Shown here in pieces: positions 7,067 to 14,810 of a stretch of 32,104 nt of DNA. Position numbers and translations under genes: made by a program. Numbering within the stretch: the stretch's first letter is position 1; every line of letters starts with the position of its first letter. The notes below the pieces were generated by a model, which did not search any database, was not told where the DNA came from, and saw only the letters and a list, made by a program, of their open reading frames with translations. Source of the DNA: Actinomycetota bacterium (lineage in GTDB: Bacteria > Actinomycetota > Humimicrobiia > Humimicrobiales > Humimicrobiaceae); NCBI GenBank assembly GCA_003563375.1, contig PWSB01000204.1:1-32104 (forward strand), in the 5' to 3' direction.

Positions 7067-8551
7067 ATGAAACAGGACGTCTTAATAGATTTTAAAAATA
7101 TATCCAAAAGTTTTCCCGGCGTAAAAGCATTAAAAGAGGTAAGCTTTAATATAAAAAGGGGAGAGGTACATGCCCTGGTAGGGGAAAACGGGGCGGGTAA
7201 ATCAACGCTTATAAAGATAATATCTGGCTTGCTGCATAAAGATTCGGGACAGATCATAATAAACGGGCACCAGGCCAATATTAAGACCACCACCGATGCT
7301 TTTGGCTTGGGAATTAGCTGCATATACCAGGAACTGCCCCTGGCCTTTTCCCTGAGCGTTGCAGATAATATATTCCTGGGCCAGGAGATAAAAAAATATG
7401 GTTTAATAGACAAGAAAAAACAAAACAAAATCGCTAAAAAATATTTTTCTGATTTTGATGTTGAGATAAACCCCAAGGTAATCGTCGGCAACCTAAGTGT
7501 CAGCCTGCAGCAGATAACTGCTATAATCAAAGCCATAATGAAGGAGGCTACCCTCTTTATAATGGATGAGCCAACCGCTGCCTTGAGCGAGCATGAGGTT
7601 GACAGGCTTTTTGGTTTCATTAAAAGGATTAAGAAAAAAAATATAAGCATCCTTTATATATCCCACAGGATGGATGAGATATTCGGCATAGCGGACAGGG
7701 TCACGGTATTAAAAGACGGTATTAATATGGGTACAAGGATAGTATCCGAGATCAAAAAAGAAGACCTGATCAATATGATGAGCGGAAAAATAGTCCATGA
7801 CAGCTTGTCCTACGATAAAGAGAGAAAAATTGAAGATCAGAATATTATGGAGATTGAAAACCTGTGCTATGAGAATTTATTACAGGATATAAGTTTTAAT
7901 TTAAAAAAGGGTGAAATTTTAGGAATAACCGGCTTAGTGGGTTCAGGGAAAACAGAACTGCTAAAATGTATTTATGGGCTATATAACCACAAAATAGGCA
8001 AGATTAGCTTGGTGGGCAATGCTTCGGGAAAAAAACAAGGTAAGGAATTTTTTGGCTTTATTCCAGAAGACAGAAAAAAGGAAGGCCTCTTTTTGGATTT
8101 AAATATAATGCACAACATATCGATTTCAAGCTTAAAAAAGCTTTCAAGATTCAGTTTTATAAATAAAAGGAAAGAAAAAAACCTCATTAACAAATTTGTG
8201 AAAGATCTTGGCATCAAAACCGATACCATAAAAAAGAAAGTCAAATTTTTAAGCGGCGGAAACCAGCAAAAAGTAATTTTGTCCCGTTGGCTAAGCTCTA
8301 AAAAAAAGGTTCTTTTAATGGACGAGCCTACTAGAGGAATAGATATTTTATCCAAGGCGGAGATCTATAGACTGATGAACAGATTATCCAAAAACGGTAT
8401 TTCTATTATGTTTTCCTCTTCAGACATAAATGAAGTTTTAAGCATCTCAGACAGGATAGCAGTTATGAGGGATGGAAGAATAGTAGAGATATTCGAAAGA
8501 AAGGATTTTCAAAAAGATAGGATCTTGAGAAAAACCATAATGGACAATTAA
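7067..8551 (+). CDS. Sugar ABC transporter ATP-binding protein, fused two-domain type (RbsA/MglA-like, CUT2)
   Basis: It has Walker A motifs GENGAGKST and GLVGSGKTE, Walker B motifs LFIMDEPTAAL and LLMDEPTRGID, and the signature LSGGNQQK. The ORF track starts at 7022, but residues 2-12 of that version are encoded by the hairpin. By homology the canonical N-terminus is MKQDVLIDFKNISKSFPGVKAL (ATG 7067). Confidence 0.9.
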   Translation: MKQDVLIDFKNISKSFPGVKALKEVSFNIKRGEVHALVGENGAGKSTLIKIISGLLHKDSGQIIINGHQANIKTTTDAFGLGISCIYQELPLAFSLSVADNIFLGQEIKKYGLIDKKKQNKIAKKYFSDFDVEINPKVIVGNLSVSLQQITAIIKAIMKEATLFIMDEPTAALSEHEVDRLFGFIKRIKKKNISILYISHRMDEIFGIADRVTVLKDGINMGTRIVSEIKKEDLINMMSGKIVHDSLSYDKERKIEDQNIMEIENLCYENLLQDISFNLKKGEILGITGLVGSGKTELLKCIYGLYNHKIGKISLVGNASGKKQGKEFFGFIPEDRKKEGLFLDLNIMHNISISSLKKLSRFSFINKRKEKNLINKFVKDLGIKTDTIKKKVKFLSGGNQQKVILSRWLSSKKKVLLMDEPTRGIDILSKAEIYRLMNRLSKNGISIMFSSSDINEVLSISDRIAVMRDGRIVEIFERKDFQKDRILRKTIMDN

Positions 8552-8566
8552 AAAAAGGAGCATGAT

Positions 8567-9556
8567 TTGAAAAATAATAAGCAAGCTTTTTCCGGGCTTA
8601 AAAAAGAGGCATCCTCTGCTTCGCTGTCAAAAAAGTTTTTTGCTGTTGAAAATATAGGCATTTATATTTTTCTAACTATGCTTATCATATTTTTCTCAGT
8701 TATGACTAATGCTTTTTTGACCTTTAGCAATTTTATAGTCATCTTAAGGCAGGTTTCAATTATCGGCATAGCAGCTTTTGGCCAGGCACTTGTGGTCATT
8801 TCAGGCGGGATAGACCTTTCGGTAGGTTCCATAGTTGCCCTGTCAGGCGTAATTGCCGCTTCCCTGACCAATTTTTTCGGGGTACCCATACCACTTGCAT
8901 TTTTAATCGGTATTATGGCGGGGGGAGTCTGCGGCCTTGCCAATGGAGTGCTTGCCACTAAGGTTAAAATACCCCCTATTATAGTTACTCTGGGAACCCT
9001 GACCATAATAAGAGGCTTAGCTTTTATAATCGTGGGAGGCCATACCGTATTTGGTATGCCTGAAAGCTACAGGGTCCTTGGCAGGGGTTATGTGGGTTTT
9101 ATTCCCATTCCTGTGCTCATCATGATTGTATTTTTTATCTTATTTTTTATAGTGCTAAATAACTTAAACTTTGGAAGGCACATATATGCCACAGGTAGCA
9201 ACGAAGAAGCAGCCCTGATTTCCGGGCTTAATGTGGTAAAGATCAAGACCATGGTATTTGTCATATCCGGGTTAATGGCCGGTATAGGGGGCGCGATACT
9301 TTCTTCAAGGCTTGACAGCGGCCAGGCAGCAACTGCCCAGGGCCTGGAGCTGGATGTTCTTACCGCGGTGGTCCTTGGAGGGGTAAGTATTGCAGGAGGC
9401 AAAGGAAGGCTTGAAAGCGTGTTTGTAGGGGTACTCATAATAGGTATACTCGCAAACGGCATGGTGCTCCTAAACGTACAGCATTTCTATCAGTTGGTCA
9501 TAAAAGGGGCAGTGCTTCTTCTAGCTGTAAGCCTGGACGTTTTGAAGAAAAAATAA
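8567..9556 (+). CDS. Sugar ABC transporter permease (RbsC/AraH-like)
   Basis: 329-aa polytopic membrane protein with the motif ISGGIDLSVGSIVAL. It has a TTG start preceded by AAGGAG (8555-8560). Confidence 0.9.
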   Translation: MKNNKQAFSGLKKEASSASLSKKFFAVENIGIYIFLTMLIIFFSVMTNAFLTFSNFIVILRQVSIIGIAAFGQALVVISGGIDLSVGSIVALSGVIAASLTNFFGVPIPLAFLIGIMAGGVCGLANGVLATKVKIPPIIVTLGTLTIIRGLAFIIVGGHTVFGMPESYRVLGRGYVGFIPIPVLIMIVFFILFFIVLNNLNFGRHIYATGSNEEAALISGLNVVKIKTMVFVISGLMAGIGGAILSSRLDSGQAATAQGLELDVLTAVVLGGVSIAGGKGRLESVFVGVLIIGILANGMVLLNVQHFYQLVIKGAVLLLAVSLDVLKKK

Positions 9557-9572
9557 TACGAAGGAGGATAAA

Positions 9573-10922
9573 ATGAAACCAAAGATAGTTATAATAGGCT
9601 CTGGTAGCCAATTTACTGAATTTTTCCTACAAGAATATTTTAAATTTGAAGAATTTAAAGGCACTACCCTTTCTTTGGTAGACAGGAAACAGGGTAGGCT
9701 GGACCAGGAGATAAGATTAGCCCGGTCGCTGAATGATGCGGTAGGCTGGGAAGTTGAAATTGAAGGAAATACAGACAGGAAAAAGGCTCTGCAAAACGCA
9801 GATTATGTATACTGTTTTGTGGCTGTGAACCACATGGAGACATGGAAAAAAGAATTTGAAATAGCCAATAAAAATGGTATCTATCCTTTCGAGGCATATA
9901 CTGTGGGAGCACCCGGGCTGGGGATGTCTATGAGGCATGTTCCGGTCATGCTTGACATATGCAAGGACATGGAAGATATCTGCCCTGATGCTTGGCTCTT
10001 GCTCGACAACAACCCACTTGCAAAGATTATGGCGGCAGTCATGAAGCACACGAATGTAAAATGTATAGGTTACTGCAATGGACATGAACTCCTGCAGATG
10101 GCTTTGGAACAGCTTTTGGATATGGATGAAAGGGATGTTTCTGAGAGGGCAGCAGACCCTGTTGAAAGGGAGTTCATGGTTCCCGCAGGGAATATCGATA
10201 TCACCTTATCAGGGATAAACCATTGCCAATTTTTATTAGATATAAGAGATTCAAAAACAGGTGATGACCTTTATGGCCAGCTTAGAAAAAACATAGAGAC
10301 AAAGGAAATCCCAGCCGGGTATAAATTTTCTGCAGAAGTATGCAGGCTTCTTGGCTGGTTTCCTTCACCAGCTGATAACCACATAGCAGACTACATATGG
10401 TGTATTGATAAAAATATAAGTGAGGATTATGACTTGGCTCCGTATCCTGTAGACCAGTGGTTTGGGGGCAGGGATGAAAAACAATGGGCCAAAATAGCTG
10501 ACAGTATAGACTCCAAAAAAGATGCCCAAAATTTTATATCCAAAAGAAGGGTGGGATGGCTGAATGTACAGTTAGCTAGGGCTATGATGAAAGGGGTACC
10601 TACCTATTTTCCGGCTATAAACTTGTTAAACAATGGCTGTATACCCAACCTTGACCCAGATATCATTGTAGAAGTCCCTGCAGTGTTAGGGCCTGGCGGG
10701 GCTAAAGCTGTAAGCACGGGTGAACTTCCTGCAGAGGTCCAGCCGATATGCGCCCTTCATGGAAAGATAACCAATATTGTAGGGGATGCCGCAGCCCTAG
10801 GCTCAAAGGAGCTTGCACTTCAGGCACTTATTCTGGATCCTTTTATACCTGACCTTAAAACAGCCAAAAACATACTTGAAGATATGCTGGATTACAATAA
10901 AAATTATTATACCCGTTTTTAA
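9573..10922 (+). CDS. Glycoside hydrolase family 4 (NAD+/Mn2+-dependent alpha-glycosidase; alpha-galactosidase-like from context)
   Basis: 449 aa. It has the N-terminal Rossmann motif KIVIIGSGSQF, the DNNPLAKI block and the GYCNGHE (G-x-C-x-G-H) block typical of GH4. SD AAGGAGGA lies upstream. Confidence 0.8.
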   Translation: MKPKIVIIGSGSQFTEFFLQEYFKFEEFKGTTLSLVDRKQGRLDQEIRLARSLNDAVGWEVEIEGNTDRKKALQNADYVYCFVAVNHMETWKKEFEIANKNGIYPFEAYTVGAPGLGMSMRHVPVMLDICKDMEDICPDAWLLLDNNPLAKIMAAVMKHTNVKCIGYCNGHELLQMALEQLLDMDERDVSERAADPVEREFMVPAGNIDITLSGINHCQFLLDIRDSKTGDDLYGQLRKNIETKEIPAGYKFSAEVCRLLGWFPSPADNHIADYIWCIDKNISEDYDLAPYPVDQWFGGRDEKQWAKIADSIDSKKDAQNFISKRRVGWLNVQLARAMMKGVPTYFPAINLLNNGCIPNLDPDIIVEVPAVLGPGGAKAVSTGELPAEVQPICALHGKITNIVGDAAALGSKELALQALILDPFIPDLKTAKNILEDMLDYNKNYYTRF

Positions 10923-10930
10923 AATAGGTT

Positions 10931-12118
10931 ATGGAAGATTTTTTCAAAAAACAAGAGATGATATTCCTAGAAAAATTTATGGCTGGCAAAAAAAAGTTTG
11001 ATCCTGAAGAATCAGTAAAAGTGATATCTCCGGGCAGATTAAATATTATAGGCGAACATACTGATTACAATCTAGGATTTTCGCTTCCTATGGCTATAGA
11101 TAAGCATAAATATTTTACAGCTGTAAGAAATAATTCCAAAAAAGTTAAAATATTTGATAATGGGTTTAATGAATATTATGAATTTGACCTTGGTCATATA
11201 AAATATGACCGCAGCGTTAAATGGTCCAATTACATAAAGGGCGTAATAGATGAATACCAAAAAGACGGAAAGCAAATAGACGGTTTTAACCTTGTAATCG
11301 ATAGTGACCTGGTGTCAGGTGCGGGCTTAAGTTCTTCGGCAGCAATGCTTTTGGGGACTTCCCTGGCAATAGAAGGATTATTCGGTTTCAATAGCAAGAA
11401 AAATAAAATCTTAGGCTATTGCCATGATGCTGAAAATAATTTTGTCAGAATAAATAATGGTTTTTTGGATCATTTTTCTGTTCTTTTTGGTAAAAAGGAT
11501 AATGCGATTTTTTTAAATTTTAAAAACCTGGATTACAAGTATGTTCCGGTATCTCTCCAAAAGTATAGTTTTTTGGTCATTGATTCAAAAGAGGAAAGGT
11601 ATCTTCCCGAAACAGATTACAATAAAAGAAGATTGGAATGCGAACAGGCAGTTCGTTTTATCAATCATGATACTGCCAATAACATAAATTCCTTATCGGA
11701 TTTAAACATCGGTTTTCTGGGGGAAATAGCCAATAAAATCGATAATATCCTCTATAGGAGAGTAAAACATGTAGTGGAAGAAAACCAAAGGGTTGCCAGG
11801 TCTGTTGAGATATTGAGGTCAAATAAAATGAGTTCGCTCGGAGAATTATTGGTAGAATCCCATGAAAGTCTAAGGGATGATTACGAAGTCTCGACTCAAA
11901 AACTTGATTTTATAGTTGAAAGTCTGTTAAAAACCAGAGGAGTCCTGGGAGCAAGGATGATGGGCGCAGGGTTCGGCGGCTGCCTCATAAGCCTTATAGA
12001 AAAAAACAGGCTTGACGGAATAGTTGAAAAGATAAGTGATAGTTATTTTAAAAAGTTTAAAATCAGACCTGATTTCATCAACTGTAAGTCAGCTGATGGG
12101 GTCCATAGGATAAATTAA
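10931..12118 (+). CDS. galK: Galactokinase
   Basis: GHMP-kinase and galactokinase signatures are present: PGRLNIIGEHTDYN, GAGLSSSAA and MMGAGFGGC. Confidence 0.9.
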   Translation: MEDFFKKQEMIFLEKFMAGKKKFDPEESVKVISPGRLNIIGEHTDYNLGFSLPMAIDKHKYFTAVRNNSKKVKIFDNGFNEYYEFDLGHIKYDRSVKWSNYIKGVIDEYQKDGKQIDGFNLVIDSDLVSGAGLSSSAAMLLGTSLAIEGLFGFNSKKNKILGYCHDAENNFVRINNGFLDHFSVLFGKKDNAIFLNFKNLDYKYVPVSLQKYSFLVIDSKEERYLPETDYNKRRLECEQAVRFINHDTANNINSLSDLNIGFLGEIANKIDNILYRRVKHVVEENQRVARSVEILRSNKMSSLGELLVESHESLRDDYEVSTQKLDFIVESLLKTRGVLGARMMGAGFGGCLISLIEKNRLDGIVEKISDSYFKKFKIRPDFINCKSADGVHRIN

Positions 12119-12119
12119 A

Positions 12120-12317
12120 ATGATGAAAAAAAGAAAAATTATTACAAAAAAAAGGGAAAAAACAAATATTCCTACGGATGATGGCAGGTTAAGCTTGGCT
12201 ACGGACGAAGATGGCTGTGATAAAGGATGCATAATAGAAGAAGATAAAATAGTTAAAAAGATGATTGTAAAGGAAGATGGGAGATATTTGATATTTTATA
12301 ATTTCAAAAGGCCTTAA
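12120..12317 (+). CDS. Small basic ORF in the same frame as galT and 6 nt upstream of it. It resembles the N-terminal extension of long-form GalT, so the gene may be split.
   Basis: 65 aa. The C-terminal KEDGRYLIFYNF resembles the (L)ADGR.LIYY segment that precedes the R.DP...CPLCP region in long GalT proteins (recalled from memory). The TAA at 12315-12317 is in frame with the ATG at 12324. Confidence 0.4.
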   Translation: MMKKRKIITKKREKTNIPTDDGRLSLATDEDGCDKGCIIEEDKIVKKMIVKEDGRYLIFYNFKRP

Positions 12318-12323
12318 ATACCG

Positions 12324-13295
12324 ATGCTGCAATCAAGAAGAGACCCCATAAAAAATGATAGGATAGCAATAGCCACAAAAAGGCAGGGAAGGACATTTTT
12401 TCCACTAAAAGATTACTGTCCGTTATGCCCTACCCTAAATAAAAAAAATAGTACTGAGATACCAGATAAAGAGTATGATATTGTGGTCTTTGAGAATAAG
12501 TTTCCAACGTTTAGCAGAAATCCTGACCTGGGTGAACAAGATATCGGCCCTCCTTATGCTGTTTATCCCTCAAAAGGAATATGCGAGGTAATCTGTTATA
12601 CACAGAACCATCAAGAATATCTAGAAGATCAGCCCCTAAACAAGATAGAAAACTTAATAAATGTTTGGGCTGACCGGTATTATAATCTTGGTGCCAAAAA
12701 TTATATAAAATACGTTTTAATATTTGAGAACAAGGGAAAAGAGATAGGAGTGACCTTATCCCATCCGCATGGCCAAGTATACGCTTTTACCTATATCCCT
12801 CCGATTATCAAGCAAGAGCTGGCTTCTTCAAAAAAATATTTTAAAGCAAAAAAAGAATGCTTGCACTGCACCATCATCAAAAAAGAGCGGGAAGCCGGAC
12901 AGAGGATGGTAATAGAGAATAAAGAATTTATAGCTTTTGTCCCATTTTATGCTAGGTGGCCTTATGAAGTACACATATATCCATTGTCCCATCAAGAAAA
13001 TATTAGCCAATTAGGTGAAGAGCAAATAAAATACCTCGCAATGATATTAAAAGAATTGATCAACAGGTATAATTCATTGTTCAATTTTAAAATGCCTTAT
13101 GTGATGGTTATACACCAAACACCTACCGATAAAAAGGATCACGGTTATTATCACCTACATTTTGAGTTTTATCCTCCTTACCGGACCAGCAATAAGCTTA
13201 AATTCTTAGCGGGCTGTGAATTAGGTGCAGGAACATTTATCAATGATACATTGCCTGAAGAAAAAGCTGAGGAGTTAAGAAAGATCAAGGTTTAA
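12324..13295 (+). CDS. galT: Galactose-1-phosphate uridylyltransferase (HIT superfamily, class I)
   Basis: It has the zinc-region motif CPLCP, IFENKGKEIGVTLSHPHGQVYAF containing the H-x-H-x-Q active site, and a second half-domain with HLHFEFYPP. Confidence 0.9.
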   Translation: MLQSRRDPIKNDRIAIATKRQGRTFFPLKDYCPLCPTLNKKNSTEIPDKEYDIVVFENKFPTFSRNPDLGEQDIGPPYAVYPSKGICEVICYTQNHQEYLEDQPLNKIENLINVWADRYYNLGAKNYIKYVLIFENKGKEIGVTLSHPHGQVYAFTYIPPIIKQELASSKKYFKAKKECLHCTIIKKEREAGQRMVIENKEFIAFVPFYARWPYEVHIYPLSHQENISQLGEEQIKYLAMILKELINRYNSLFNFKMPYVMVIHQTPTDKKDHGYYHLHFEFYPPYRTSNKLKFLAGCELGAGTFINDTLPEEKAEELRKIKV

Positions 13296-13298
13296 TTC

Positions 13299-14561
13299 TT
13301 AGAGATATTTTGGCATCCAGTCCATTACCTGGTAGAAATTCTGATAAAAAATTTTATTGATATGATTTAATCCATATTTTATGGCCCCGACAATATGTGC
13401 ATTTTCCTTAAGTTTGGATGCGACGATCTTCACATTAAAAGGTGTTATGCAGTAAATTTCTTTTGTAAGTTTTTTTAAAAAACTTTCACCAAGAAGAAGG
13501 ACATTACCATTTATGATGATCAATTCTGTATCTATTATTGAAATAATAGAAGCGATTCCGATAGAAAGAATCTTTATAATTTGGTCATCTATTACTTTTT
13601 TTATAACCTTATTTTTATTATCCCTATAATTTCTACTTATTTCCTGGAAGTTCAGATCTTCAAAATTCTGAATACTTTTGGATTTTCTTAAGGCCTCATT
13701 GACGGCCTTAGTGATACCATGAATATCTACCTGGCTCTCAAATAAGCCTAGATCCATGGTGTTCTGTTGTAATTTTTTATTATCATAGTTTTTAGTTATG
13801 GGAAGATAGGATATTTCCCCCATCGCACCATTTTTCCCATCCACTATGTCCCCGTTAATAATAATCCCGGCACCTACACCACTTTCAATATCTATATATA
13901 CCAGGTCTTTAATATCTTTATAATATACCCATTGTTCCCCGATTGCCCCCAGGTTCACAGAGTTGTTTACTATAACGTCAAATCCATATTTATCTTCTAA
14001 AATATCTACAAGGTTTATCCCGCTCCAATCCTTTATATAAGGAGCTTTTATTATTTTATTTGATTTAGGGTCAACTATGCCATGGGTCCCTACGCTTATT
14101 ATTTTTACTTTTTTTGATATTTTATTTGACTTCTCCAATAAGTCATCGATTAGGTTAAAAATATAGTTTATGCTTTCCGCTCTATTCCTGCCGGGAAATT
14201 TTTCTTCCTTTTTACTATGGATAATTTTTCCTTTTAGATTTGCGATAGCGGCTTCTAGTTTTTCATAATGTATATCTAAAATCAGCATATATATCAAATC
14301 TTCATTTAATTTTAAAATTATAGGTTTCTTCCCGATTTTAGATTCAGCTTTTTTCTCCTCATACAGGACTTCCTTTAAAATAAGATAGTTTACAAGGTCA
14401 GATATTGTAGATTTGGGAAGGCCGGTCTCCCGGGCTATCTGCACCCTGGTAACGTTTTTTTTCTCTATCACCTTTTTAAGTATGAGGCCTATGTTCTGTT
14501 CCCTTAAAGATCGGTATTTAGCTTTTTTATTTTCTTTCTTAATTTTCTTTTCATTATTCAT
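13299..14561 (-). CDS. ROK-family transcriptional regulator (N-terminal wHTH plus ROK sugar-kinase-like domain)
   Basis: 420 aa. The wHTH is NVTRVQIARETGLPKSTISDLVNYL. The ROK core shows ISVGTHGIVD, NNSVNLGAIGE and GVGAGIIINGDIVDGKNGAMGEIS. The classical CxCGxxGC zinc motif is absent. Confidence 0.85.
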   Translation of the reverse strand: MNNEKKIKKENKKAKYRSLREQNIGLILKKVIEKKNVTRVQIARETGLPKSTISDLVNYLILKEVLYEEKKAESKIGKKPIILKLNEDLIYMLILDIHYEKLEAAIANLKGKIIHSKKEEKFPGRNRAESINYIFNLIDDLLEKSNKISKKVKIISVGTHGIVDPKSNKIIKAPYIKDWSGINLVDILEDKYGFDVIVNNSVNLGAIGEQWVYYKDIKDLVYIDIESGVGAGIIINGDIVDGKNGAMGEISYLPITKNYDNKKLQQNTMDLGLFESQVDIHGITKAVNEALRKSKSIQNFEDLNFQEISRNYRDNKNKVIKKVIDDQIIKILSIGIASIISIIDTELIIINGNVLLLGESFLKKLTKEIYCITPFNVKIVASKLKENAHIVGAIKYGLNHINKIFYQNFYQVMDWMPKYL

Positions 14562-14810
14562 TTTTTCTGGGGCAGGCTCAAAATAAATGGCAAAATCTTT
14601 GGGTCAATTATATATTAATTAATCCGAAATATGTACTAATTATTAATTTTTTAGAGAATACTAAGATAACAGTAAAATGTCATATATTTGATTGTGTTTG
14701 ATAATTTATTTTTGTTATGTTTTACTAATATAAATGAAATTTTAATATATAAATTATAAAATTCGCATATTCAAACTTTTGTTTGGGCATATATTTTTGG
14801 ATTAATTTAG

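Noticed and set aside
6982-7650. A 222-aa minus-strand ORF, plus many other 60-140-aa antisense ORFs in the track (for example 1396-1584, 4903-5392, 6112-6797, 7972-8355, 8662-9462, 9664-10085, 17978-18394, 21147-21956, 22038-22688, 30724-31181).
   Set aside because: Each lies wholly inside, and antisense to or out of frame with, a longer ORF that carries clear family motifs. Their translations are low-complexity or hydrophobic with no recognisable domain, and none has a convincing SD.
10813-11001. A 62-aa ORF bridging the GH4 stop and the galK start.
   Set aside because: It is out of frame with both well-supported genes, its sequence is AT-rich and low-complexity, and there is no space for an independent gene.
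12315-12317. The in-frame TAA in galT as evidence of stop-codon reassignment.
   Set aside because: TAA is clearly used as a terminator by neighbouring genes, for example GH4 at 10920-10922 and galK at 12116-12118. All other ORFs are intact under the standard code.
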